Below are positions 38,978 through 47,639 of a stretch of 64,000 bases of DNA, in pieces. The DNA is from Fibrobacterales bacterium (GTDB lineage Bacteria; Fibrobacterota; Fibrobacteria; Fibrobacterales; JAOPTW01): NCBI GenBank assembly GCA_051532055.1, contig JAOPTX010000015.1, forward strand, positions 153,334-217,333, in the 5' to 3' direction. The notes beneath the pieces were generated by a model. The model was given only the letters and a program-made list of their open reading frames with translations. It was not told where the DNA came from and did not search any database. Within the stretch, counting starts at the first letter, position 1, and every line of letters starts with the position of its first letter. The translations under genes were made by a program, and so were the position numbers.

Positions 38978-40147
38978 ATGATTGTTTTTTGGCGCGAGAT
39001 GACCGTGTCCCAGTTTAAAAAAGATTTGACGAGTAGTGAACTGGTGGATCTTCTTTTTAAATATACTGCAAAGATTGCTGAGGAGCGTAGCCTTGACAAT
39101 CTTTTAATCTTAATGAATGACCTCGGTAAAAAACTGGTTGTGTGTGATCGCTGTACCCTGTGGCTTATTGATAAAAACAAACAAGAGGTATGGACTAAAG
39201 TTGCTCATGGGGTGGATGAAATTAGGATGCCCATCGGTAAGGGTGTTGTTGGAGAATGCATCATGACAGGTCAATCAATAATAATTGATAACGCCTACAA
39301 TCACCCTACTTTTAATAAAACAATTGATAAAGAGACGGGTTATCAAACGCGTTCAATTATTGCGGAACCTATTTATGATGGAGGTGGTTCTATCATGGGG
39401 GTGTATCAAGCAATTAATAAACTTACTGAAGAAGGGCGATTTACACAATCTGATCTAGAACACATGAATCTCAGTGCAACCTATCACGGCAAAGCTCTTG
39501 AGTCTGCAATGCTCCTTAAGGAGATTGAGAGCACCCAGAGCGACCTTGTTTTTATTTTGGGTGAAGCGGGGGAGAGTCGATCAAAAGAAACGGGTAATCA
39601 TGTGAAGCGGGTGGCGGGGTACTGTGAGATTCTATCGCGTGCTTATGGATTGCCTGACGAAGAAGTTGAGTTGATAAAAATAGCTTCACCACTTCATGAC
39701 TTAGGTAAAATTGCTATTCCGGATTCGATATTGAAAAAACCTGGTAAATTGACATTCGAAGAGTTTGAGATTATGAAAACCCATGCGCAAATTGGTGAGG
39801 ATATTTTAATGGGCTCAGACCGACCACTCATAAATGCCGCTCGAATTATTGCTGGTGAACATCATGAAAAATGGAATGGAAAAGGGTACCCACGTGGGAC
39901 TTCAGGAGAAGCAATTCATCTCTATGGAAGAATTGCCGCAATTGCTGATGTATTTGATGCATTAGTGAGTGATCGGTGCTATAAAAAAGCTTGGCCTATC
40001 GAGAAAGTCTTGATTCTTTTTCGAGAAGAACGAGGAGAGCACTTTGATCCATCTTTGGTAGATCTCTTTTTTGAAAACCTCCAGGAATTTATCCGTATAA
40101 AAGAGGCCTATGTTGATGAATTTGATGCGTCTCAAGCAGTGTATTAA
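38978..40147 (+). CDS. GAF-domain / HD-GYP-domain protein (putative c-di-GMP phosphodiesterase)
   Basis: The GAF-like N-half contains CDRCTLWLID..GVVGEC. The C-half has HDLGKIAIPDSIL and HHEKWNGKGYPRG (HD-GYP). The start may instead be the ATG at 38999. Confidence 0.85.
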   Translation: MIVFWREMTVSQFKKDLTSSELVDLLFKYTAKIAEERSLDNLLILMNDLGKKLVVCDRCTLWLIDKNKQEVWTKVAHGVDEIRMPIGKGVVGECIMTGQSIIIDNAYNHPTFNKTIDKETGYQTRSIIAEPIYDGGGSIMGVYQAINKLTEEGRFTQSDLEHMNLSATYHGKALESAMLLKEIESTQSDLVFILGEAGESRSKETGNHVKRVAGYCEILSRAYGLPDEEVELIKIASPLHDLGKIAIPDSILKKPGKLTFEEFEIMKTHAQIGEDILMGSDRPLINAARIIAGEHHEKWNGKGYPRGTSGEAIHLYGRIAAIADVFDALVSDRCYKKAWPIEKVLILFREERGEHFDPSLVDLFFENLQEFIRIKEAYVDEFDASQAVY

Positions 40148-40258
40148 TTGAGATTACATCACATTGTTATGAGTTATTAATAATGATGTGATGTGTTCAA
40201 TGACAAATACGCATACGATTAATTATTAGTAAATAATCGTATGCTAAAAAAAGAAATT

Positions 40259-40295
40259 AAAAAAGGCTTATCTCTAAATGAGAAAAGCCTTTTTT
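40259..40295. terminator. bidirectional terminator between convergent genes
   Basis: AAAAGGCTT(A)TCTC-TAAAT-GAGA(A)AAGCCTTTT with an A-run on one side and a T-run on the other. Confidence 0.65.
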
Positions 40296-40312
40296 AATTA
40301 AACTTGAGGTAA

Positions 40313-40759
40313 TTAATTTAAAATAGATTGGATGATGCTGCTCACTGCTTTGTTGTCTGCACGACCTTTTATCTTAGGCTGTACAGCTTTCATTACTTTT
40401 CCAAAATCTTTTTTATCTTCAGCACCAACTTCTTCAATGGTCTCACCAACAATGGCCATAAGCTCTGCTTGAGAGAGTGCATCAGGGAGATATGTTTTTA
40501 AAATGATTACAGAAGCTTCTTCTTTTTCAACAAGATCTGCGCGTTCACCTTTCTTAAACATTTCTATACCATCATTTTTTTGTTTGATGGTTTTTTGAAT
40601 GGCATCAATAACTACATCGTCACATATGTCGATATTATTATTGATGCTAATATTTTTAATGTCGGAGTGCAACGTTCTGAGAAGAGCGAGTTTATCCTTA
40701 TTGCGATCTTTCATAGATTGCTTGACATCAGCTAAAACTCGATTTAACAAAGCAGACAT
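40313..40759 (-). CDS. yqeY: GatB/YqeY-domain protein
   Basis: 148 aa. The pattern L..D.K.AMK.RDK..L..LR...S..KN over two helical halves, and its usual position next to rpsU. Confidence 0.8.
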   Translation of the reverse strand: MSALLNRVLADVKQSMKDRNKDKLALLRTLHSDIKNISINNNIDICDDVVIDAIQKTIKQKNDGIEMFKKGERADLVEKEEASVIILKTYLPDALSQAELMAIVGETIEEVGAEDKKDFGKVMKAVQPKIKGRADNKAVSSIIQSILN

Positions 40760-40788
40760 TACAGTTCCTTCAATGAGAGTGATTGGTC

Positions 40789-40998
40789 TTAGTAGAGACG
40801 TGTTTTTTGTGCGTCTGCACGTTCTTTCAATCTTTTTCTTTTAAGAGCGGTTTTAAGCTTCTTTCTAGTCTCTGTTGGTTTCTCGTATCTTTTACGGTTC
40901 TTCACATCAGAAATAACGCCATTCTTTTCACAGGTTTTTGTGAAGCGTTTAAGAGCTTTCTCAAATGGCTCACTACTTTTTACGGTTACGCCTATCAA
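40789..40998 (-). CDS. rpsU: 30S ribosomal protein S21
   Basis: 69 aa and basic: VTVKSSEPFEKALKRFTKTCEKNGVISDVKNRKRYEKPTE. TTG start about 8 nt after GAGGT. Confidence 0.9.
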   Translation of the reverse strand: MIGVTVKSSEPFEKALKRFTKTCEKNGVISDVKNRKRYEKPTETRKKLKTALKRKRLKERADAQKTRLY

Positions 40999-41170
40999 TT
41001 AAATTACCTCATTTGGGTTGTTTTTATAAAATTCTTGACGAATATAGGTTAATAGAGAAGGATTGTCATTTAATTACTCACGCATGTAAAATTTAATTAT
41101 CTTTAAAAATTATGGGTTTTATTGGAAAAAAAGCGTAAAATATACCAATTGAGCGCTATCAGGAGATATA

Positions 41171-41959
41171 ATGAAATATACAGGCATAATTTTAGCTTCT
41201 ATTCTTGTCGCACTTTGCTTTTTAGCTTGTGGTGACAAAGAAGAGAAAAAAGTTGATATTATTACTGAAACCCTTGGACAGCCTGTGAATGACTCAGAGA
41301 ATGGCCCAGCAACTGATATCCCTGAAGAAGAATTTGAGGATATCGAAGAAGCGGTTATTCCAGAAGAGCCTACAGCCCTAGCGGATGATGAATATATACC
41401 AAAGCTGTATGAATCAGGGCCATATGTATTACAAGTTGGCGTGAGTCCTTCCGAGGTGATTGCAAGGAAATTATCAGCAAAAATCGAATCTAAGGGATAC
41501 ACACCTTATATATCTATGGTAGAGAACCCTGGTGATCTCGTTGGTACTTTTTATCGTGTTCGGATTGGGTATTTTAAGTCTTTAACTCAGGCGCGACTTT
41601 TTGGACATAATGTACTTATGCCTATGAATATCGCTTTTTGGATTGATAACCGAAAAAATGATGAGGTGGGTAACCCAACAAAAACCGAAGAAGATGTTGG
41701 CGATGAAGAGATGGAGGATGAGTTAGTTGAAGAGGTGACAGACGTTACTGTTGAATCAGATGACACCGAACAACCTGTTAAGAACGAAGAAATGTCGCCA
41801 GCTGCTGATAATGAAGTAACTTCAGAAGAAGTACCAGCGGCATTTACTGCTCCCAAAAAAGAAAAGATTCAAGGGTCAAAGACTAAAAAAACACCAGGGA
41901 AAGGTGATGATTGGGCAAGTGACTCGGATGATTGGGCAAATGATGATTGGGGCAAGTAG
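41171..41959 (+). CDS. SPOR-domain lipoprotein with an acidic DDW-repeat tail
   Basis: Lipobox FLACG. A SPOR-like core (YVLQVGVSPSEVIARKLSAKIESKGY..FYRVRIGYFKSLTQA). C-terminal GDDWASDSDDWANDDWGK. Confidence 0.7.
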   Translation: MKYTGIILASILVALCFLACGDKEEKKVDIITETLGQPVNDSENGPATDIPEEEFEDIEEAVIPEEPTALADDEYIPKLYESGPYVLQVGVSPSEVIARKLSAKIESKGYTPYISMVENPGDLVGTFYRVRIGYFKSLTQARLFGHNVLMPMNIAFWIDNRKNDEVGNPTKTEEDVGDEEMEDELVEEVTDVTVESDDTEQPVKNEEMSPAADNEVTSEEVPAAFTAPKKEKIQGSKTKKTPGKGDDWASDSDDWANDDWGK

Positions 41960-42044
41960 AAAATAAGCGGTAATTTACTATCTTTTATACGTAAGTATGG
42001 TCAGGCATAATGTCTGGCCATTTTTTTGTAATATGCGAGGAATA

Positions 42045-43361
42045 ATGTCTGATCAAGTTGGGAAGAAAGTTGGTATTATAAATTTAGGCTGTTCAAAAAA
42101 TCTTGTTGATGGTGAGTCCATTGTATCAGAGTTTAGTGAACAGGGCTATGAGCTTTCGGAGTCTATTGAAGAATGTGAAGTTATCCTTGTAAATACGTGT
42201 GGTTTTATTGAAAGCGCCAAAGAAGAGTCAATCAATGAGATTCTTGGAGTGTGTAAGCAAAAACAAGATGGACAAAAAGTTGTAGTAACTGGATGCTTAT
42301 CTGAGCGGTATAAAGAAGAGCTTAAGAAAGAAATCCCTGAAGTTGATCTCTTTGTTGGTAATTATGTACCAGGTGAATTGATACAAAAACTTGACATCTC
42401 TCAAGAGGAGCTCTGTTCAACGGGAAGTTTTGCTAAAAGAATTCTTCTGGGGGCAGAACACCACCACGCTTATCTTAAAATTAGCCGCGGGTGTAACCGC
42501 ACGTGTGGTTTTTGTGCTATACCACTTTTTAAGGGAAAACAAGATTCTCGAACTATCGATAGTGTGGTGCGTGAAGCACAGTGGCTTCAAGAGCAAGGGA
42601 TACAAGAGATCTCTTTAGTTGCTCAAGACCTCACTTATTTTGGTAGAGAAAAGCGTAAGGGTGAGACACTTGAGAAACTTCTTAAGACACTCATGAAAGA
42701 GACAGATATTCCTTGGTTTAGATTAATGTATATGTATCCTGGCTTTGTAGATGATGGGCTTCTTGAAACGATTGCAGTACAGGATCGAATTTGTAATTAT
42801 ATCGATATGCCACTGCAACATGGCTCAGATAGAATGCTGAAAAATATGAGAAGAGGACACACTAAAGAGCAGCTTCTTACTATTCTCAGGAAATTTAGAA
42901 ATGCAATTCCTGACCTGGCCATCAGAACAACTTTTTTACTTGGGTATCCAGGTGAAACTGAGGAAGATTTTCAACAACTTATGGAAATGGTTGATGAGTT
43001 TAAATTTGACCGCCTTGGATGTTTTACCTTCTCAACAGAGGAAGGTACACCTGTAATGGATATGGGTCTTCCTTCTGTGCCTCTAGACGTTGCAGAAGAA
43101 CGGGTTGAAGAGCTTATGACCATGCAGCAGAATATCTCGTTAGAGCGTAATCAAAGTCTCATAGGCTCTATTCAAAATGTTATTATTGATAGCGTTCCTG
43201 AGGGAAGTGATTATCATTTTGTTGGCCGTACCCAATGGGATGCTCCTGAAGTTGATAATTTTGTTAATATCGTTGAAGGCTCTGCCGATTTGGGGAGCTT
43301 TAGAAAAGTTCAAATAATTGATGGGTCGGAATATGATCTAGAAGCTCGATTTGTAGATTAG
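42045..43361 (+). CDS. rimO: ribosomal protein S12 methylthiotransferase
   Basis: Contains VGIINLGCSKNLVDGE, the radical-SAM motif CNRTCGFC and a TRAM-like C-terminus. The ATG at 42045 follows GAGGAA; the ORF is open from 41997. Confidence 0.9.
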   Translation: MSDQVGKKVGIINLGCSKNLVDGESIVSEFSEQGYELSESIEECEVILVNTCGFIESAKEESINEILGVCKQKQDGQKVVVTGCLSERYKEELKKEIPEVDLFVGNYVPGELIQKLDISQEELCSTGSFAKRILLGAEHHHAYLKISRGCNRTCGFCAIPLFKGKQDSRTIDSVVREAQWLQEQGIQEISLVAQDLTYFGREKRKGETLEKLLKTLMKETDIPWFRLMYMYPGFVDDGLLETIAVQDRICNYIDMPLQHGSDRMLKNMRRGHTKEQLLTILRKFRNAIPDLAIRTTFLLGYPGETEEDFQQLMEMVDEFKFDRLGCFTFSTEEGTPVMDMGLPSVPLDVAEERVEELMTMQQNISLERNQSLIGSIQNVIIDSVPEGSDYHFVGRTQWDAPEVDNFVNIVEGSADLGSFRKVQIIDGSEYDLEARFVD

Positions 43362-43459
43362 ATTTTAGCATGAATATACGGCGTTATTTGAGTTTCGACG
43401 TACTCAAATACGCTTTCAATCAAAATGCCTTGTATCTCCATACTTAAAGTCTAATCTAC
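43353..43459. repeat. 107-nt nested inverted-repeat element between convergent genes
   Basis: The outer 15-bp arms are GTAGATTAGATTTTA and TAAAGTCTAATCTAC (one G:U), and they overlap the rimO stop. The inner hairpin at 43381-43413 has a 9-bp core TATTTGAGT/ACTCAAATA. Confidence 0.6.
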
Positions 43460-43494
43460 GTTCAGTTTGAAGCTATTGGGTTATTAGAATTCGG

Positions 43495-44151
43495 TTACTT
43501 GCGTTTACCTGTGATTTTGTCTTCGAGTTTAAAAAGGCTGCCGTATAGCTGAATCAGGTCGTCAATCCAGATAGCGTCACGCTCTGAAATTAGTTTACAG
43601 ACTTCAGAAACGTTGTTTGCATTGTTGTAAGGGCCCACTTGATTGTCAATTTTAGCAAAAGGTCTCATGAAGACTGAAGCTGAAAATTGAGCCCTCAAAG
43701 AGCGGTGAAGGCGGTCAAAGAGGCGTTTTTTAACTGTTTGAATGTCTTGCTGAATTGTATTGGGAGGTACTTTTTCACTCAGCTTTTTCTGAATATCGGC
43801 AAGTTCGGAAGCAATTGATTCTTTGTCTGGCTTTGGTATATAGAGTTGCTTATTGATAAAGAAGCGCTTAAGGTTTTTAAATTCTCGTTCTAAGAGTTCA
43901 GGACCAAAGGTGTTTGCAAAAGGTGTAAAGTCTTTGGTTATTTCTTTTATTTTTAAGTGTTTACCTTGGCGTTCTGCCCATGTATCAAGTCGCTCTATCA
44001 ATCGTAGTGCTATAGGTTCATTTCCTACTAAAAGGAATGACTCAGCTTGAATTATTATGGTGTCAGCATAGGCGTATTTATGTGTTCCACTTACTGTGTC
44101 ACTTTTCAGTTGGGCTATTCTTTTTTTCCACTCATTAATACGCGTTTGCAT
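43495..44151 (-). CDS. hypothetical cytoplasmic protein, last gene of the stator operon
   Basis: 218-aa ORF 5 nt after the MotB-like stop. No TM or signal peptide, helical character, no motif recognised. Confidence 0.5.
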   Translation of the reverse strand: MQTRINEWKKRIAQLKSDTVSGTHKYAYADTIIIQAESFLLVGNEPIALRLIERLDTWAERQGKHLKIKEITKDFTPFANTFGPELLEREFKNLKRFFINKQLYIPKPDKESIASELADIQKKLSEKVPPNTIQQDIQTVKKRLFDRLHRSLRAQFSASVFMRPFAKIDNQVGPYNNANNVSEVCKLISERDAIWIDDLIQLYGSLFKLEDKITGKRK

Positions 44152-44156
44152 TTTAA

Positions 44157-44828
44157 TTATCCGTCTATTTTTGAATCGATTGTAGGGACTCGGATGATCT
44201 CTACTCGTCTATTTTTCATACGATTGGATTCGTGACTGTTTTCAACCTTGGGGCGGAACTCACCAAAACCTGCAGCAAAAATTCTTGATGGTACTAATGT
44301 ATTACTTTTCTTCATAAGTATGTTTACCACATTAGTCGCTCTCTTTGTAGAGAGTTCCCAGTTTGATTTAAAGAATTTAGAATTAATAGGTATATCGTCT
44401 GTATGCCCTGCCACCATGAGCATTTCATTCTTTCCAAGACTACTTCCTAAGACGTCACTTATTTTTCGAAGGACATCTTTACCTTTCTTTTTAACTATTG
44501 AACTACCGGTCGAGAAAAGAAACTCTGCTTGTATTTCAATTTTACCATCAGTTAAAGTGACAGACCCATCTCTGAGAGAGTTTCCGAGGGCTTGTGCAAG
44601 AAGAGCGTCACGCTCGCGCTCTGCTTTCTCCTTTGCGGCTTTCTCTTTTTGAAACTCCTCTTCTTTACGAGTGAATGCATCGATTTGTTTTGTTAGCTCT
44701 GCTTCTTTATCAGATTTCAGTGAAGACATAAATATAAATGCGATAAGAAAGAGTACGAAGAGAGCCATGGTCAAGTCGGTAAACATAATCCATGGAGTTT
44801 CATCGTGTTTATCTAGGTGAATAGCCAT
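44157..44828 (-). CDS. MotB/OmpA-family stator subunit (ZorB-like)
   Basis: N-terminal TM with a conserved Asp (WIMFTDLTMALFVLFLIAF), a coiled-coil linker, and an OmpA-type peptidoglycan-binding C-domain (GHTDDIP..NWELSTKRA..NRRVEI). There is no gap to the upstream gene. Confidence 0.8.
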   Translation of the reverse strand: MAIHLDKHDETPWIMFTDLTMALFVLFLIAFIFMSSLKSDKEAELTKQIDAFTRKEEEFQKEKAAKEKAERERDALLAQALGNSLRDGSVTLTDGKIEIQAEFLFSTGSSIVKKKGKDVLRKISDVLGSSLGKNEMLMVAGHTDDIPINSKFFKSNWELSTKRATNVVNILMKKSNTLVPSRIFAAGFGEFRPKVENSHESNRMKNRRVEIIRVPTIDSKIDG

Positions 44829-46622
44829 CTAAACCTCTGGCTCCTGGTCATACTCTTCAAGTGATTCACCTTGTAATTTCACTTGCTCTAAAACTTCAAT
44901 AAGAATTTCTTGAGTCTTGAGTGCATTTTCAACCAACACTTCTGAGGCTTTCTCATGGAAGGCCTCGAGGGTGGATTCAAGCTTCTCATAAAAACTATTT
45001 TGGTCATCTGTTTCAGATTCAGAAGAAGAGATGTGTTCAATTAAAGATTCAACTCCTATAGTAAACATCTCGAGAGATGCTTGGAACTCAACTTGGTTGA
45101 TTTTCATGAGGTTACCGCCCTCAGAAATATTTTCAGTAAAGTTCATGAGTGAACTCATTTGCTCTGAGTATTGGGTTTCAAGTTCTTTACCTAATTTTTC
45201 TTGTATCTCAAAATTGACTTTTGCCGCTTGGGCGAGGGTTTCGAACTCGTCTTGTAGCTTGCTAAACCCATCTCGACTTATCATACTGATAGACTCTTTG
45301 AGGCTTTCTGTAAACTCGGTTGTTTTTTGGAATACGGTATCCATCTGACCTTGATTATGGCTCATGTATTCAGTTTGAAGCCCCCTGGATTGCTCTTGGT
45401 GGGTATTGAGTAGTTCCATCTGTTTTTCAATTTGCTGCCCTTGAGCTTCTGGTATGGACTGTATTACAGTGTGGAGATTGTCGAGTTGAGTTGAAACACC
45501 TTGTGTACTCAGCTCAGCAATTTCTTTTTGCATATCAGGAATGGTTTTAATAAAACTGTTCAGCTCTGAAAGGCGCTCAGCAATTTCATTTGATGTGTTA
45601 CTGCTAATTTCTTTTTGGGATTCAAGAATTGAGTGGGCGCTATTCTCAACTTGAGAACTAAATGATGCGAGAAGTTCTCTTTGAGTTTCAATGGCCTCTG
45701 AGGCACTTTGGGAATGTTTGCTAATGATGTCATCAAGAACGGATTTATGAGAGCCAGAGAGTTGTTCAATTACTAGAGAGTTTGCATCTGTGATTGATTG
45801 TTGCAATGTGGTAAACGTAGACTCTAGTTTGTCACTAATTTGGTTACTCAGTGATGCAGAGTTATTGGTTAGCTGTGTACTCATATCGTTTGAGTGTTCA
45901 GTAAGTTTACTGCCAAGGGAATCTACAAATTGTGAGAGGTTACTGCTGAGCTCTGTAATGAGTTGTTCATTACGATTCTCCTGTTCAGGAGCGAGCTGGG
46001 GAATGAGATAAAAGTGAGTGTACTCTTCTACTTCGGACATCATCTCAATATAAGCATTTTTAACCACAGAGTTTGCGACGCTTAAAAGCATGAATGCAAT
46101 GAGACCTGTTAAACTGGTGCCAAAAATACCATTCATGTCAGAGAAAATTGTAGTTATAAGTGTTTGAATTTCAAAACTTTCACTCATTGAACTTCCGGCT
46201 GTGGAAATTGCACCCATCAAGCCAAAAAAGGTGCCAAGAAGACCGAGAGTCATAGTAAGATTGGCTGCTGAAGAGCCTAGTTTACTCGAAGCGCGAGCAG
46301 AGAGTATTTCAGAAAATGCAGAGAGGTCGACATGTTGATCGCGAGATTGTAGATCTTTGAGGATTTCATAGCGCTGATAGATAATTCTATCAGAAGGTTC
46401 AATAGTCGAATTTCCCGTACTCTTTTGTTCATGGATAGCATCTATTTCTGCTTGGGCAAAGGCGAGATTCTTAAGGTTCTTTAATTGGGTATATGCAAAG
46501 ATAGCAAGGAGCACTCCCCATATTACATAGCCATAAAGGGGGAACTGAAAATAGAGACACCCAATAAGACCTGCAAGTCCGAGGATGCTGAGAAAGATTA
46601 TTTTCCGTACAGCTGCTTTCAT
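44829..46622 (-). CDS. MotA/ExbB-like channel protein with a helical C-terminal tail of about 400 aa (ZorA-like architecture)
   Basis: Two N-terminal TM segments, then LGLLGTFFGLMGAI and GIFGTSLTGLIAFMLL (MotA_ExbB signature). Residues from about 200 to 597 are Ser/Gln/Glu/Leu-rich with no further TM. Confidence 0.75.
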   Translation of the reverse strand: MKAAVRKIIFLSILGLAGLIGCLYFQFPLYGYVIWGVLLAIFAYTQLKNLKNLAFAQAEIDAIHEQKSTGNSTIEPSDRIIYQRYEILKDLQSRDQHVDLSAFSEILSARASSKLGSSAANLTMTLGLLGTFFGLMGAISTAGSSMSESFEIQTLITTIFSDMNGIFGTSLTGLIAFMLLSVANSVVKNAYIEMMSEVEEYTHFYLIPQLAPEQENRNEQLITELSSNLSQFVDSLGSKLTEHSNDMSTQLTNNSASLSNQISDKLESTFTTLQQSITDANSLVIEQLSGSHKSVLDDIISKHSQSASEAIETQRELLASFSSQVENSAHSILESQKEISSNTSNEIAERLSELNSFIKTIPDMQKEIAELSTQGVSTQLDNLHTVIQSIPEAQGQQIEKQMELLNTHQEQSRGLQTEYMSHNQGQMDTVFQKTTEFTESLKESISMISRDGFSKLQDEFETLAQAAKVNFEIQEKLGKELETQYSEQMSSLMNFTENISEGGNLMKINQVEFQASLEMFTIGVESLIEHISSSESETDDQNSFYEKLESTLEAFHEKASEVLVENALKTQEILIEVLEQVKLQGESLEEYDQEPEV

Positions 46623-46640
46623 TAAGAGAATCCTTTTAAT

Positions 46641-47582
46641 TTACTTTTTATTTTTAAAGAGGTCGAGTTGTCCTTGTGAAAATCCGCGCGAAAATATTTC
46701 CCACTTAGTTTTGTACCAGTGTGATAATTCGAGAGAGATTCCCAGGCAAAAGTCGATATAATCTTCTGTAAATGCTCTGAAACCATTGTCCCATAAACCT
46801 AGTGGGTTCCACACTCTATTACCAATAGCGTTAAAAAGTGCAGCTTCAGTAGCGTAATAGCGTTTAGGTTGTTTTTGAATACCTGTGATAAACTTCTTTT
46901 GTGCAAGTGTGTAGAGGGAGCTTCGTATGTTTGTAATTACATTTTGATCTATGTTACGAAGACCGGCTTCAAGGGTAGGGAGTATCTTGGTTACAGGGGT
47001 CGAAATAGAATTTTGATGCCAAAGATTCGATCCATTTTTTTGAATATGGGTTGCTCGTGAATAAGTTGTAACAAGATTTTTTTCTGAATCGCCTACCATC
47101 AGATGGAGTGTTTGTAAAAAGAAATCTTTTATCTCTTTGGTGCGATGGCCAACTTTAAGTCGGTACCCCTCATCACTTTTTTCAATCCAGCCACCTTCTC
47201 TAAGGACGGGAAGCATGACATCAGCGGTGAGTCTCTGAGCCCATTTAGATCTGAAGTCTGCAAATTTATCTTCTATTTCTTTATTCAGGGCGTTAAACTC
47301 TCGTTGGCAAAATTTGAGACACTCTTCTGATTCAGAAATATATTCACTCTCTAGGGTGAAGTTTTTCTGAGATTGTTCAATATGTTCCCTTAATATAATG
47401 GAGTATGAGTTGTTCATTGAATGACTCAATTGTTGAACTACCTCTTGTTGAGGCAAAAAGCTTTTAAGGTCAACAATTGACTGACCGGTAAACTGTTTGA
47501 AAGCTTTCCTGAAGTTACTATCCAAAGGGTATATTTTCGGTTGAATTTCGAAGTAGAAATATAGAAATTCTAGGGGGATCAA
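46641..47582 (-). CDS. hypothetical cytoplasmic protein
   Basis: 313-aa ORF 18 nt upstream of the MotA-like gene. No TM and no recognised motif. The start is uncertain: the TTG at 47582 lacks a Shine-Dalgarno site. Confidence 0.45.
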   Translation of the reverse strand: MIPLEFLYFYFEIQPKIYPLDSNFRKAFKQFTGQSIVDLKSFLPQQEVVQQLSHSMNNSYSIILREHIEQSQKNFTLESEYISESEECLKFCQREFNALNKEIEDKFADFRSKWAQRLTADVMLPVLREGGWIEKSDEGYRLKVGHRTKEIKDFFLQTLHLMVGDSEKNLVTTYSRATHIQKNGSNLWHQNSISTPVTKILPTLEAGLRNIDQNVITNIRSSLYTLAQKKFITGIQKQPKRYYATEAALFNAIGNRVWNPLGLWDNGFRAFTEDYIDFCLGISLELSHWYKTKWEIFSRGFSQGQLDLFKNKK

Positions 47583-47639
47583 CAGTGAAAATTGGGAGGC
47601 CTAACAAATTGGTTAAACCACCATTTCATTAATGAGAGC

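Noticed and set aside
40156-40244. Two further hairpins (ACATCACAT/ATGTGATGT and GCATACGATTA/TAATCGTATGC) as terminators or an sRNA.
   Set aside because: Neither is followed by a T-run in the appropriate orientation. The adjacent hairpin at 40259-40295 already explains termination for both convergent genes. They are noted as structure only.
41119-41856. Minus-strand ORFs of 127 and 89 aa rich in Ser/Thr.
   Set aside because: They are antisense to the acidic linker of the SPOR lipoprotein gene and are compositional mirror artefacts.
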